DNA of 64,000 nt from Dehalococcoidia bacterium (GCA_030612025.1 JAUWOR010000005.1:1-64000), one strand, 5' to 3'. Positions 48,627-59,189 are shown, counted from the first letter of the stretch. Notes: generated by a model from the sequence alone, not told the origin. Numbers and translations are program-made.

Positions 48627-49745
48627 TTAGGGTCTTAATTTCATTTCTAAGTCAACTCGCGTGCGAAGAAAACGATTTAGGTCTTCTCGGTTCAATATGC
48701 CGATAACCTTTCCCTCTTCTACCACCGGTATGTGGTCTGTTTTCCCTATCTCCTGTAGCAGACTTAAGATATCTTGATTAGGGTGGGCTGTTTTCAACTT
48801 GTTAACCGGAGTCATTATATCTCGCACCGTGGTGGTATCCCAATGGGGTGGGGGGATTTTCTTTATGGCACTTAGGGTTATCATGCCTTCTAATAAGGTT
48901 TCCCTGGCTACCGGGAAACAATTCCGTCCTGTAGGCAGAATATACTCTTGAACCAACCTCTCCAAAGTAAGCTCAGGAGTGACAAGGGGGCAGCTATAAT
49001 CGGTAACATGGTGTACTTTAACACCGGAGAGGGAGTCACGTAGCAGGGTCTGTTGATAGGTAGCTCTAGCGGCATCGTGCAAGAACCAACCGATGAAGAT
49101 AAGCCACAGTCCATTCAACCATAAGTGGGCCACAAAAATAATTACCACACCACCAGCGACAAAGGCATAAGCTATACCTTGTCCTACCTTGGTAGCGAGG
49201 CGTGTTGCCCGGTGGTAATTACCCGTTCTCCGCCATATAATGGCACGAAATACTCTGCCTCCATCCAAAGGGAAGCCAGGGATTAGGTTGAACAAAGCTA
49301 AGATCACATTGATTATAGCCAGCCACCGCATTGAGTCGGCTATTAGGGTTTGTTGAGCTTGTGCTAGCAGAATGGACAACCCGTAAAAGATGCCGGCCAT
49401 AGCTAAGCTGGCTAATGGACCAACTACGGCTATCAAAAGCTCTGTGTTTGGGCGGGTTGCCTCTTTAGTTATCTGGGAAATACCGCCGAAGACAAAAAGA
49501 GTAATTTCTTTCACCGGGATGCCATTGCGAATAGCAAGGATACTGTGAGCCAGCTCGTGGATAATTATGGAAGCGAAGAAAAGGATACTGGTTAATATGC
49601 CAAAAGCTATTCGTTCTACGGTAGGATAATCGCCAGGGAAGTAAAGCACTAATGAGGTGGTTACTAGAGCGAAGATAATGAACCAGGTGTAATGGAGCCG
49701 TAGTGGGATGCCAAAAATTTTACCTAGGCTTATGCTACTTTTCAT
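48627..49745 (-). CDS. Site-2 protease (M50) with CBS domains
   Basis: HELAH, FNLIPGFPLDGGR, C-terminal CBS pair. Confidence 0.95.
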   Translation of the reverse strand: MKSSISLGKIFGIPLRLHYTWFIIFALVTTSLVLYFPGDYPTVERIAFGILTSILFFASIIIHELAHSILAIRNGIPVKEITLFVFGGISQITKEATRPNTELLIAVVGPLASLAMAGIFYGLSILLAQAQQTLIADSMRWLAIINVILALFNLIPGFPLDGGRVFRAIIWRRTGNYHRATRLATKVGQGIAYAFVAGGVVIIFVAHLWLNGLWLIFIGWFLHDAARATYQQTLLRDSLSGVKVHHVTDYSCPLVTPELTLERLVQEYILPTGRNCFPVARETLLEGMITLSAIKKIPPPHWDTTTVRDIMTPVNKLKTAHPNQDILSLLQEIGKTDHIPVVEEGKVIGILNREDLNRFLRTRVDLEMKLRP

Positions 49746-50635
49746 CGCTTATCTTGTGGTATAGCGTAGCCTATAAGCTTATAAACCAGTTTGGCCAACA
49801 GAAAAGCACAAGAAGCTGGACCCTCTTGAGGGCAGAACTCCATTAAATCAAAGCCAACTATGTGCCTATGAAGGGCTACCAACCTCAGCAGATTTAAGAC
49901 TTCCTGCCATTGCATGCCCTCAGGTTCAGGAGTGCCCACTGCTGGCATAATTGAGGGGTCAAAGACATCCACGTCTATGGTTAGATAAACGTTTTCGCTG
50001 AGCGTGGCTGTTATTTGCTCGGCGGAAGCTGCACTTGATGCCAAATCAGACATATAGAAAGGTGTCATCTTGTGCTGGTTTAAGAATTGTTTCTCTTCCC
50101 AGCTAAGGCTGCGCACTCCAACTTGAACAATGGGGCAAAGCTCGAAGATGCGACGCATAACGCAAGCCTGGCTATATTTGGTTCCTAGATATTTATGGCG
50201 AAGGTCGGCATGAGCATCCAGTTGCAGCACGGAAAGCTCGGAGAATGTTTCCTTGAAAGCCTGGACTGCTCCTAAAGAGAGCGAGTGTTCCCCACCCAGC
50301 ATTACCACAAATTTCCCCTTTTGTATTAATCCCCTGGTTATATGATAGACCCTGTCTATCATATCTTTGGGGCTGCTCATCACAGACTCTACTTCTGGCA
50401 GAGTATGAATGCCAACTTTATATATCTCCCGGTTTAGCTCTAAGTCATAAAGTTCCAGGTATTGTGAGGCATCAATGATAGCTTGTGAGCCATGACGGGT
50501 GCCACCTCGCCACTCAGTTGTGTTCTCGTAGGGGATGGGTAGGATGGCTACTTTGGCCTTTTCCAAATCAAAGTAAGGTGGTGCTAATCCCGCGAAGACT
50601 CGTCGTGGCAGGAATACCTCTTCTTTATTCCCCAT
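49742..50635 (-). CDS. speB: Agmatinase
   Basis: GGEHS, DAHAD, DVDVFD, GTPEP. Confidence 0.92.
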   Translation of the reverse strand: MGNKEEVFLPRRVFAGLAPPYFDLEKAKVAILPIPYENTTEWRGGTRHGSQAIIDASQYLELYDLELNREIYKVGIHTLPEVESVMSSPKDMIDRVYHITRGLIQKGKFVVMLGGEHSLSLGAVQAFKETFSELSVLQLDAHADLRHKYLGTKYSQACVMRRIFELCPIVQVGVRSLSWEEKQFLNQHKMTPFYMSDLASSAASAEQITATLSENVYLTIDVDVFDPSIMPAVGTPEPEGMQWQEVLNLLRLVALHRHIVGFDLMEFCPQEGPASCAFLLAKLVYKLIGYAIPQDKR

Positions 50636-51023
50636 GGTAAACAAAATTCGGGGGATTAGCTACCGCAGCAAATTCTGCTGACCCTTCCCTATTAATAAGG
50701 CAAGTCCTCAGTTTAGCTAACTGAAATTTATCTCGCAAATCTTTAATTGCTTTATCCGCATCAAAATCCCTGCAGGAAAAGATATCTATATTGACATAAT
50801 TGCTCTCAACAAAGGTATGGACGCTAATATGGCTCTCAGCAATAAAAACAAATCCAGACATCCCCCAATCCTCTGACTTTGATCCTACATACCTAAGCAC
50901 GTAAGGTGGTGAAATTCTTGTCATGCCAATTTCAGAGGGGTAAGTTTCCAACCAATGCTTAAGAGAATCCATGTCTTGAAGAATTTTTTGGTTAGCGGAA
51001 TAACCATCTATAATCAAATGCAT
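50625..51023 (-). CDS. speD: SpeD-family pyruvoyl decarboxylase proenzyme
   Basis: MHLIIDG, IAESHISVHTF, DIFSC. Confidence 0.88.
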   Translation of the reverse strand: MHLIIDGYSANQKILQDMDSLKHWLETYPSEIGMTRISPPYVLRYVGSKSEDWGMSGFVFIAESHISVHTFVESNYVNIDIFSCRDFDADKAIKDLRDKFQLAKLRTCLINREGSAEFAAVANPPNFVYHGE

Positions 51024-51074
51024 CAGACTTCCTTCATAAGACGAGGATGACCCCCGCCATTATGGTTGTTTACC

Positions 51075-51287
51075 GTAGGGTCGGGGCTTGTCTCCGACCG
51101 GCACTTTAACAATATTAGCTCCCAGCCCCTCACTTCTTGTCATTCTGAGGGAGAGAAGCGACCCAAGAATCTCCTCTTCACGGAGCCTGCCCTGAGCACT
51201 AAGAGATTCTTCGCTATGCTCAGAATGACACCAAGCGAAGGGTTCAGAGCTTTGGCTCATCAGGACAAGCTCCGCAATGCAGCCATC
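51075..51287. repeat. Cluster of a GTAG REP and nested family A repeats
   Basis: GTAGGGTCGGGG..CTCCGACC; TGTCATTCTGAG..AAGAATCTC; GAGCCTGCCCTGAGC[..GAGATTCTTCG..CAGAATGACA]..AGCGAAGGG. Confidence 0.85.
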
Positions 51288-51289
51288 AA

Positions 51290-52585
51290 TTAGCATTTAA
51301 TTGCCGAAACACCTAAGTATTTTTCTACTATTGCCATGGCACAATATTTGCCACACATGCTGCAAGTTTCTCCTGCTGTGGGAATCTTACTATGAATTCG
51401 CTTTGAAAGCTCTGGATCCAAGGACAATTCAATTTGAGTGGCCCAATCAAGATTCTTGCGAGCCCGGGACATTCTTTCATCCCACTCCTTGGCACCCTTT
51501 ACCCCCTTAACAATGTCACCAGCATGAGCAGCTATGCGAGAGGCTATCACTCCTTGCTTTACATCTTCTATATTGGGAAGGGAAAGGTGTTCCGTGGGAG
51601 TGACGTAGCACAAGAAATCTGCCCCAGCGGCGGCAGCAATGGCACCTCCGATAGCACCAGTAATGTGGTCGTAGCCAGCACCTATATCAGTTACCAATGG
51701 ACCCAGGACATAGAAAGGCGCTCCGTGGCACAAGCTTTTTTCTAATTGAACATTGCTGGCTACTTGATCCAGGGGTAAATGTCCTGGCCCTTCGACAAAA
51801 ACTTGAATTTCAGCTTCCCTAGCGCGCTTTACTAATTCACCTTGGATGATTAACTCCTCGATTTGAGCCCTATCGGTGGCATCGGCGATACTTCCTGGAC
51901 GCAAGCTATCTCCCAAGCTTAAGGCAAAATCACATTTATGGGCTAAATCTAACAAGCGGTCATAATATTGATATAGAGGATTTTCTTCCTCGTTATGTAG
52001 CATCCAGCCAGTGAGGAAGGCGCCTCCCCGAGAAACTATATCAGTTGTTCTACCTTGGTTTTTTAGCCGTGCTATGGATGCCCGAGTTACACCACAATGA
52101 ACGGTCATGAAATCAACGCCGTCTCTAGCTTGCTCCTCAACCACGTCAAAGATCTCGTCAACAGTCATGTTCAGGATAGCTCCGTGCTTCTCAATAGCCT
52201 CAATCCCAGCTTGATAAATGGGCACAGTTCCCATGGGCAAGGGGCTAGCGTTGATGATGGCTCTTCTGATGGCTGAAATATCACCTCCGGTGCTCAAATC
52301 CATCACTGTATCGCTGCCAGAATCAATGGCGGCTTGTAGTTTCTTAAGTTCTGTGTCTAAATCAAAAAAGTCCGATGATGTACCTATATTGGCATTAATT
52401 TTAGTCCTTAGTCCCTTGCCTATGCCACAAGGGACTAGGTTTGCATGATTAGGATTGGCTGGAATTACGATTGAGCCCTCAACCAAGCCTTGAAGAACAA
52501 AGTTTACCTCTACCCTTTCCTGCTCAGCTACATGTTTTACCTGGGGCGAAACAACACCACTTCGAGCCAGTTCTAGTTGAGTCAT
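51290..52585 (-). CDS. thiC: ThiC-family radical SAM protein (phosphomethylpyrimidine synthase or Bza-like paralogue)
   Basis: [33 protein letters not shown]. Confidence 0.9.
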   Translation of the reverse strand: MTQLELARSGVVSPQVKHVAEQERVEVNFVLQGLVEGSIVIPANPNHANLVPCGIGKGLRTKINANIGTSSDFFDLDTELKKLQAAIDSGSDTVMDLSTGGDISAIRRAIINASPLPMGTVPIYQAGIEAIEKHGAILNMTVDEIFDVVEEQARDGVDFMTVHCGVTRASIARLKNQGRTTDIVSRGGAFLTGWMLHNEEENPLYQYYDRLLDLAHKCDFALSLGDSLRPGSIADATDRAQIEELIIQGELVKRAREAEIQVFVEGPGHLPLDQVASNVQLEKSLCHGAPFYVLGPLVTDIGAGYDHITGAIGGAIAAAAGADFLCYVTPTEHLSLPNIEDVKQGVIASRIAAHAGDIVKGVKGAKEWDERMSRARKNLDWATQIELSLDPELSKRIHSKIPTAGETCSMCGKYCAMAIVEKYLGVSAIKC

Positions 52586-52721
52586 CTTGCTATATACCTC
52601 TATATTAAATTAAGTTTAGATGGCAAATTTAACATGGGACGATTCTGAATGCAAGTCTGAAAAGCTTGAATAAGCTAGCTAAATAGCTACCAAGAGCAGG
52701 GCCTTTAATTGTTGAGATACT

Positions 52722-54404
52722 TCACATTCTTTCCGGAGCTGTCATGCCCATGAGGTGAAGGGTCTTGGCTAGGACAATTTGAGTTGCCTTGACCAGTTTG
52801 AGCCGAGCTCTGGTTAATGCCTCATCTTGGGAAACTACCCGGCACTGCTTGTAGAAGCTATGGAAGGCAGTGGCCAAATCCTGGGCATAGTAAGGCAAAT
52901 GGTGAGGCTCGAGAGTATTTACTATCTCCTCTATTACTTCGGGTAGGAGGATTAAGCGGCGAATTAAGGTTAGCTCTGGCTCAGTAATAAGCAGGGAAAC
53001 ATCACCTTGGCTGTAATCAATTCCCTTTTGGTTGGCTAAGCGAAGGATACTGGCAATCCTGGCATGGGCATATTGAACATAATAGACAGGGTTATCTAGT
53101 GACTGTTTCTTAGCTAGCTCTAGGTCGAAGTCCATCTGGCTATCAGCGGAGCGAGAGAGGAAGAAAAAGCGGCAGGCATCTGCCCCTACCTCCTCTACTA
53201 CCTCCCGCAGGGTAATAATATCGCCGCTACGCTTGGATGCTCTAATTACCTCCTCCCCACGCCGTAAGGTGACTAACTGGCAGATTATTACTTTGAGCTG
53301 TTCAGGGTCCTTTCCCAGGGCTTTCATTACCGCCTTCATACGGGGCACATGCCCTTGGTGATCAGCACCCCAGATATCAATCACGGTGTCAAATTTTCGT
53401 TTTATGAACTTGTTGTAATGGTAGGCAATATCGGAGGCAAAATAAGTAGGGGAGCCATCACTACGCACCAGCACGTTATCTTTATCCTCACCCAAGGCAC
53501 TTGATTCAAACCAGATGGCATTATCCCTTTTAGTTACATAGCCTTCTCCTTGTAATAACTCCATAGCTCGGTGGTATTGCTTATTGTGATAAAGGCTTTT
53601 TTCGCTAAACCAAGCGTCGAACTCCACGCCTAAAAGCTCGAGGTCAGACCTTATCCACTTAATAATCTTACCCTGTCCAATTTTGCCTATTTCTTGAACA
53701 GGATATTTCCCCTCAAAACTAATCTCCGCTATTTTACAAATTGCCTTCTCTTTTCCCCCTTGTTCAGCAATAATTTCCCTTGCCAGCTCTATCATATAGT
53801 CACCGAGGTAGCCATCTTTTGGCATCTCAGCAGAGATTTCCAAAAGCTGCAGATAGCGAGCATGGAGAGAGCGGTTGAAAGCATCTATCTGGCTACCGGC
53901 GTCGTTGATATAGTATTCCTTTTCCACATAATAGCCAGCAGCAGTGAGAACGTTGGCTAGAGTACTACCTAAGACAGCACCACGACCATGACCTACGTGA
54001 AGAGGTCCGGTGGGATTGACGCTAACGAACTCAATTTGAGTGTGACTGCCTTTGCCTAGAGTAAGGTTACCGTATGACTCACCAGCAGCCGAAACAAATT
54101 CTGCTTGTTCGGCTAGCCAATCATCTCGCAGGGTGAAATTAATGAAGCCCGGTGGAGCGATGGCAAACCTATCAATTTCCGGAGGGAGTGATATATGCTT
54201 AGCTACTTTCTCAGCTATAACCAGAGGGGGCTCTTTAGCTGTTCGAGCTAGCTTTAGGGGAAGTCCTGAGGCGAAATCTCCATGCTCGGGATTCTGGGGG
54301 TGCTCTATAACTACTTCGGGCAGCGTTACAACAACGAGACTGCCCTCTCGTTGTGCCTCAGTTACAGCCTGCTGCAAACAAGTGGCTAACCTTTTCTTAA
54401 CCAT
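52722..54404 (-). CDS. argS: Arginyl-tRNA synthetase
   Basis: EFVSVNPTGPLHVGH, WGADH, YVQYAHAR, APERM. Confidence 0.98.
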   Translation of the reverse strand: MVKKRLATCLQQAVTEAQREGSLVVVTLPEVVIEHPQNPEHGDFASGLPLKLARTAKEPPLVIAEKVAKHISLPPEIDRFAIAPPGFINFTLRDDWLAEQAEFVSAAGESYGNLTLGKGSHTQIEFVSVNPTGPLHVGHGRGAVLGSTLANVLTAAGYYVEKEYYINDAGSQIDAFNRSLHARYLQLLEISAEMPKDGYLGDYMIELAREIIAEQGGKEKAICKIAEISFEGKYPVQEIGKIGQGKIIKWIRSDLELLGVEFDAWFSEKSLYHNKQYHRAMELLQGEGYVTKRDNAIWFESSALGEDKDNVLVRSDGSPTYFASDIAYHYNKFIKRKFDTVIDIWGADHQGHVPRMKAVMKALGKDPEQLKVIICQLVTLRRGEEVIRASKRSGDIITLREVVEEVGADACRFFFLSRSADSQMDFDLELAKKQSLDNPVYYVQYAHARIASILRLANQKGIDYSQGDVSLLITEPELTLIRRLILLPEVIEEIVNTLEPHHLPYYAQDLATAFHSFYKQCRVVSQDEALTRARLKLVKATQIVLAKTLHLMGMTAPERM

Positions 54405-54405
54405 A

Positions 54406-54434
54406 GAGATTGCTTCGCTCCGCTCGCAATGACA
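54406..54434. repeat. Family A half-site forming the recG-argS spacer
   Basis: Minus strand TGTCATTGCGAGCGGAGCGAAGCAATCTC-T-ATG. Confidence 0.88.
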
Positions 54435-54437
54435 TTA

Positions 54438-56933
54438 CTAGCTCCATTCAGCGCTTTTAGACCACACTTGAGATAATTGCTGTCTTAGAAGGCGATGTTC
54501 GGGTTTTCCCAAATTACTGTCACTTTGAAAAAGGGCTATTGCCTCCTGCCGAGCCAGCTCTAGGAGGCGTAAATTTGATAGTTTAGCTATTTTAAGGTCA
54601 GGTAGGCCACTTTGGTGTGTGCCAAAAAATTCTCCCGGGCCTCTTAGCTCTAGATCCTTCTCGGCTAAAGCAAAACCATCGTGAGTTTTCTCCATTAGCT
54701 GAAGGCGGTCTCTTGCTTCAGGTGTGGTTGCTTCGCTTCGCTCGCAATGACAGGAAGGGATAAGTAGGCAATAAGCTTGCTCTTTATCTCGGCCCACTCG
54801 CCCTCTAAATTGATGGAGCTGTGATAGCCCGAAGCGCTCAGCGCCCTCCACTAACATTACTGTGGCGTTAGGTATATCAATGCCCACTTCTACCACCGAT
54901 GTTGACACTAGAATATCAAGCATACCTTCTCGGAAGCGGCGCATTACCTTTTCTTTATCACCAGGGGGCATTCGCCCATGGAGTAACCCCAATTTTAAAT
55001 CTGGGAAAATTTCTCTGGATAGATACTCGTATTCACTTGTAGCGGCTTTTGCCTCAAGTGTTTCTGATTCTTCAATCAGAGGACAGATAATGAAAGCTTG
55101 CTTACCATTACTGACCTGGCGACGGAGGAAGCTATAAGCTTTTTCTGTGTACTGGGGCTCAAGGAATCTTGTTTTCACTTCCTGTCGTCCTGGAGGCAGC
55201 TCGTCAATAACTGAGAGGTCGAGGTCACCGTAAAGTGTCAGTGCCATAGTTCGCGGGATAGGGGTGGCGGTCATAACCAATATATGAGGGTTAAAGCCTT
55301 TTTGACGCAATGCAGAACGTTGTAAAACACCGAATCTTTGTTGCTCATCTGTCACTGCTAACCCTAGCTGGTAAAATTCTACCTCTTTTTGGATAAGGGC
55401 GTGGGTGCCAATGACAATATCAATTTCACCCTGCTTAATTTTACGATGTAAATCCTCCTTCACGCTATCTTTAAGGCTGCCGATGAGCAAAGCGATAGTA
55501 AGTGGCTGGGAGAGAAAGCCTATATAGCATTCAACATTATTGCCTATTTTCTCTTTCTGCGTGCTGGCGTTAGACAAATAATCACAGATATTGCTGAAAT
55601 GCTGCTCAGCCAGCACTTCAGTGGGCGCCATCAACGCTCCTTGGTAGCTGTTGGCCGCTGCCATTAATAAAGCCAAAGTAGCAATCACGGTCTTGCCACT
55701 CCCTACTTCGCCTTGAAGAAGGCGTGACATAGCTCTGGGTTGCTTAAGGTCAGCTAAAATTTCCCATAGTACTCGCTCCTGAGCTCGGGTCAAAGTGAAG
55801 GGTAAACAATGTAAGAACCCGTCAATAACCTCCTGATATATATTAAAGGCATGGCCTGGCTGGCTTTCTTGCCAATCCCGCTTTCTTGCCAGCACGCCTA
55901 ATTGAAGTAAGAATAGCTCATCAAAGGCTACCCTCTCCTTTGCCCTCCCCGCTATTAAGTGGCCGTCAGGATAGTGGATTTGAGCAATCGCTTCAGGAAG
56001 ATTTAATAGCTGGTAGCGGTTTTTTATCTCCAAGGGTAAGAAATCGCTCACTCGCCATGCCCAACCATCAATGGCTTCTTTCGTCCATTTCCTCACTTGC
56101 CGGGGATACAAGCCTTGAGTAAGAGGATAAATGGGGACCAAGCGGCCAGTGTGGATCAGTTCTTTATTCTCAAGCAATTCCCATTCAGGAGACTGGAAGA
56201 CTTTTTGACCCTTGAATAAACTGACTGTACCACTAATTACTACCTTGGCGTTGGTGGGAAATCTTTTAGCCAGATAAGGTTGGTTGAACCAGACTACTTT
56301 GATGTTCCCAGTCTCATCGCTCACTATTGCCTCAGTGCCTTGCCGATTACCAAAAGTAGCTATCCTAGCTTGCCATATTGTAGCTACAATAGTTTGCTCC
56401 TCACCTTCCTTAAGTTCAGAGATAGGTTTCCTCTGGCTGTAATCGACATACCTCCGGGGGAAAAAATAAAGTAAATCATGCATTGTTCTCACATCTAGCT
56501 TGGCAAATTTAGTGGCTACACGGGGTGTAATGCCTTTGATAATAGTTATAGGGGAATTTAATCCTTCGCTTCTTTTCCCAGGGCGTGACGTAACTGTTAC
56601 CCTCACCTTATTCCTCTCTTGTAAGGAAGAAGAGAATTCATTACATAGAGGAGAGGTGAGGGTGCCTTGCTTTACTTCTTCCAGCTTGCTTAGCCAGTCG
56701 AAGAGACGCATTACACATTTCTTACGCTCGTCTACATCACAGGAGCCGTAATTGGAGTTAGCTAAATTGAGTTTATCGAATTCAGCTAAAAGTTGCTGGT
56801 TATTTACGCCTTGCCTGATTTGTCCTGCCTGTTTGTGAAGATATTTATCCAAACCACCGATTACTGCTTTATCGGTATATCCTTGCTTACGCTCCAGTTC
56901 AAGGATTTTTCTTAGTGAATCGGTAGTTATCAC
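54438..56933 (-). CDS. recG: ATP-dependent DNA helicase RecG
   Basis: GSGKT, MTATPIPRT, QFRGRVGR, DLELRGPGE, wedge domain (WFNQPY). Confidence 0.97.
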   Translation of the reverse strand: MITTDSLRKILELERKQGYTDKAVIGGLDKYLHKQAGQIRQGVNNQQLLAEFDKLNLANSNYGSCDVDERKKCVMRLFDWLSKLEEVKQGTLTSPLCNEFSSSLQERNKVRVTVTSRPGKRSEGLNSPITIIKGITPRVATKFAKLDVRTMHDLLYFFPRRYVDYSQRKPISELKEGEEQTIVATIWQARIATFGNRQGTEAIVSDETGNIKVVWFNQPYLAKRFPTNAKVVISGTVSLFKGQKVFQSPEWELLENKELIHTGRLVPIYPLTQGLYPRQVRKWTKEAIDGWAWRVSDFLPLEIKNRYQLLNLPEAIAQIHYPDGHLIAGRAKERVAFDELFLLQLGVLARKRDWQESQPGHAFNIYQEVIDGFLHCLPFTLTRAQERVLWEILADLKQPRAMSRLLQGEVGSGKTVIATLALLMAAANSYQGALMAPTEVLAEQHFSNICDYLSNASTQKEKIGNNVECYIGFLSQPLTIALLIGSLKDSVKEDLHRKIKQGEIDIVIGTHALIQKEVEFYQLGLAVTDEQQRFGVLQRSALRQKGFNPHILVMTATPIPRTMALTLYGDLDLSVIDELPPGRQEVKTRFLEPQYTEKAYSFLRRQVSNGKQAFIICPLIEESETLEAKAATSEYEYLSREIFPDLKLGLLHGRMPPGDKEKVMRRFREGMLDILVSTSVVEVGIDIPNATVMLVEGAERFGLSQLHQFRGRVGRDKEQAYCLLIPSCHCERSEATTPEARDRLQLMEKTHDGFALAEKDLELRGPGEFFGTHQSGLPDLKIAKLSNLRLLELARQEAIALFQSDSNLGKPEHRLLRQQLSQVWSKSAEWS
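54728..54752. repeat. Family A half-site in-frame in recG
   Basis: Minus strand TGTCATTGCGAGCGAAGCGAAGCAA encodes CHCERSEA. Confidence 0.88.
56599..56664. repeat. Degenerate family B repeat in-frame in the recG N-terminal linker
   Basis: ACCCTCACCTTATTCCTCTC...GAGGAGAGGTGAGGGTG encodes TLTSPL...ERNKVRV. Confidence 0.75.
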
Positions 56934-56945
56934 TTTGCGAAGGCG

Positions 56946-57227
56946 TCACTTAATTATGCTAAGGTTACAGCACTTATAGAATATCACATTTGTCTCTTTA
57001 GATAATTTAGTAAAAAGCTCAGCAAAGAAATCCGGGGGCACAGTTGAGGTGGTGGGGATAATCTTGCCTCTTTCTAGCCTATAATAGAATTCCTCTGTGC
57101 TTATATCAACATTATCGCGGTAAGCCTCGCTACCAAAATTGACATACAACGGCACCATTGTAATCCCAAACTTCTGAGCTAGTTGAGGAGTAATATTAGA
57201 GAGGCTATCAGTTACAGCTTTAACCAT
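56946..57227 (-). pseudogene. Truncated DegV/FakB family gene
   Basis: VTDS, VPL.V.FG, EEFY, PTTS match the DegV N-terminus, but the ORF ends at 93 aa while the family is about three times longer. Confidence 0.8.
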
Positions 57228-57235
57228 TACTCTCT

Positions 57236-57264
57236 GCCCCTGAAAAACTTAGTTTTTCAGGGGC
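57236..57264. other. Perfect 14-bp inverted repeat between fakA and the degV fragment
   Basis: GCCCCTGAAAAACT-T-AGTTTTTCAGGGGC. Confidence 0.6.
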
Positions 57265-57270
57265 CCGAGG

Positions 57271-58899
57271 TTATTCCAGCGAGATTATATAATTATAATG
57301 TGGTTGCCCACCCTGGACCACTTCAACCTCAAGGTGATATTCCTCCCGGATTTTCTGGGCTATATCCTCCGCTTCAATGGCTTGAGCTTCAGCAGCGTAA
57401 TAAATAGTTACCATTTCTGTGTTTTCAATATTGGCTTTCGTTAGAGCTTGAAAAATAACATCTAACATATTATTGCCACCAGCTATTAAATCCTCATCAT
57501 TTAGAATAGCAATAGGTTGCCCCTTCTTTATTTCTTGGCCGTTCATCCGTGTCTTACGCACTGCTTTAGTAACTCCTATGGTCTTTACTGCGGTCATCGC
57601 CTCTTCCATAGCTCGAGTATTTTCCTCTAAGTCCATGTCATAACTAAAGGCGAGGGATGCGGCTATGCCCTGGGGGATAGTCCTGGTAGGGATTACCTTC
57701 ACCCTCTTTGAAGTTAAAGACTCAACCTGCGAAGCTGTGTGGATGATATTCTTGTTATTGGGCAATAGAATAATATTGTCCGAGGGTGCTGCTTCTACAG
57801 CCTTCAATAACTCGCGAACGCTGGGATTCATTGTTTGACCGCCAGGAACAATAATTGTAGCCCCTAGGCTATTAAACACCTCAAAAAAGCCATCTCCAGC
57901 GGCGACTGTTACTATAGCGATGTCGACCCTGGGCATTCTTTCTTTTTGTATCTTAATAAATTCTGCATATTGATCATCCATATTGTTGACCTTTACCTGA
58001 TGTAGTGTGCCTAAGTGGGTAGCATAATCAAGAATTTCACCGGGCTTAAAGCTGTGGATATGAATTCTAACCATGGAGCAGTTGCCAGCAACAATTAGGG
58101 ATTGCCCTTTCTTCTTTAACTTTTTCTTGATCTTGCTCAAATTAAGTTTTTGCCCCTCCAGTAGAAACTCGAGGCAATATCCATAAGGCACTTCTACCTC
58201 AGCCGTTGGAGCCATTTTAGAAGCTAGGGGTAAGTTGGCAGAGACTAGCTGAGGTTTCCGGCCTTTCATTTTATCGGCTTCTCCTTTAAGGAAGTGCCGG
58301 GCACCATCGAGCAATACATATAAACCTTGCCCCCCGGCATCTACTACCCCAGCTTCACGTAATACTGGTAGCAAGTCAGGTGTCCGAGCCACTGAATCCC
58401 TAGCTGCCTCTGTGGCAGTTTCTACTACGGAAAGCAAGTTTTCAGAATCGGTTTTGGCGGCTATATCGGCCGCGTTAGCGGCATCTTTAAGCACCGTCAG
58501 TATAGTTCCTTCTACCGGGTGCATGATTCCTTCGTAAGCAACTTGCGATGCTTCAGCTAGGGCCTTGGCAAAATCTTTGCCATTGAAGGATTTCTTGTCT
58601 TCCAATCCCTTGGCCAAGCCACGCAGGAATTGGGATAGGATAACTCCTGAATTACCTCGTGCTCCCATTAAAGCACCATAAGCCATTGATTTGGCTACTG
58701 AAGAAGCATCGCTATCTGTGTTCTGTTTTGCCTCTTGCATAGCAGAGTGCATAGTAAGCAACATGTTGGTTCCTGTATCCCCATCGGGGACCGGGAAAAC
58801 ATTTATAGCGTTGATTTCGGGAACACATTTCTCAATCCAGGTTGTACCTAGGGCAAACATCTTTCTCAATATCTTGCCATCAGCTAATTTAGCTCCCAT
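57271..58899 (-). CDS. DAK2-domain fatty acid kinase subunit A (FakA/YloV)
   Basis: NVFPVPDGDTGTNM, GARGNSG, VVDAGG, YGYC.E, GGQTMNPS. Confidence 0.94.
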   Translation of the reverse strand: MGAKLADGKILRKMFALGTTWIEKCVPEINAINVFPVPDGDTGTNMLLTMHSAMQEAKQNTDSDASSVAKSMAYGALMGARGNSGVILSQFLRGLAKGLEDKKSFNGKDFAKALAEASQVAYEGIMHPVEGTILTVLKDAANAADIAAKTDSENLLSVVETATEAARDSVARTPDLLPVLREAGVVDAGGQGLYVLLDGARHFLKGEADKMKGRKPQLVSANLPLASKMAPTAEVEVPYGYCLEFLLEGQKLNLSKIKKKLKKKGQSLIVAGNCSMVRIHIHSFKPGEILDYATHLGTLHQVKVNNMDDQYAEFIKIQKERMPRVDIAIVTVAAGDGFFEVFNSLGATIIVPGGQTMNPSVRELLKAVEAAPSDNIILLPNNKNIIHTASQVESLTSKRVKVIPTRTIPQGIAASLAFSYDMDLEENTRAMEEAMTAVKTIGVTKAVRKTRMNGQEIKKGQPIAILNDEDLIAGGNNMLDVIFQALTKANIENTEMVTIYYAAEAQAIEAEDIAQKIREEYHLEVEVVQGGQPHYNYIISLE

Positions 58900-59006
58900 T
58901 TCTCTTCGCCTACCTTGGTACAATTGCTGCTATGACTTTAGTATGATAGCATTACTATAATACCCCGGGTATCATTTATAGTAAAGGGGGTTAAAAGAAT
59001 TTTCCC

Positions 59007-59189
59007 ATGAAGTGCGATATTTGTGGCAAAAGAGTTCAATTTGGACAGAGTGTAAGTCATTCTAAAAAGAGTACTAAACGGAAGTGGTTACCCAATATTC
59101 ATAGGGTTACAATTGTTGTGGGTGGGAAGAAGCAGAAAGTTAATATTTGCACCAGGTGTCTGCGTAGCCAATACAAAGCAGCCCATTAG
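59007..59189 (+). CDS. rpmB: 50S ribosomal protein L28 (Zn-ribbon form)
   Basis: CDICGK, VSHS, KWLPN, CTRCL. Confidence 0.96.
   Translation: MKCDICGKRVQFGQSVSHSKKSTKRKWLPNIHRVTIVVGGKKQKVNICTRCLRSQYKAAH

Noticed and set aside
51060-51296. Overlapping 78-aa and 75-aa ORFs
   Set aside because: They are made almost entirely of repeat DNA. The same applies to 10820-11005 and 17475-17708.
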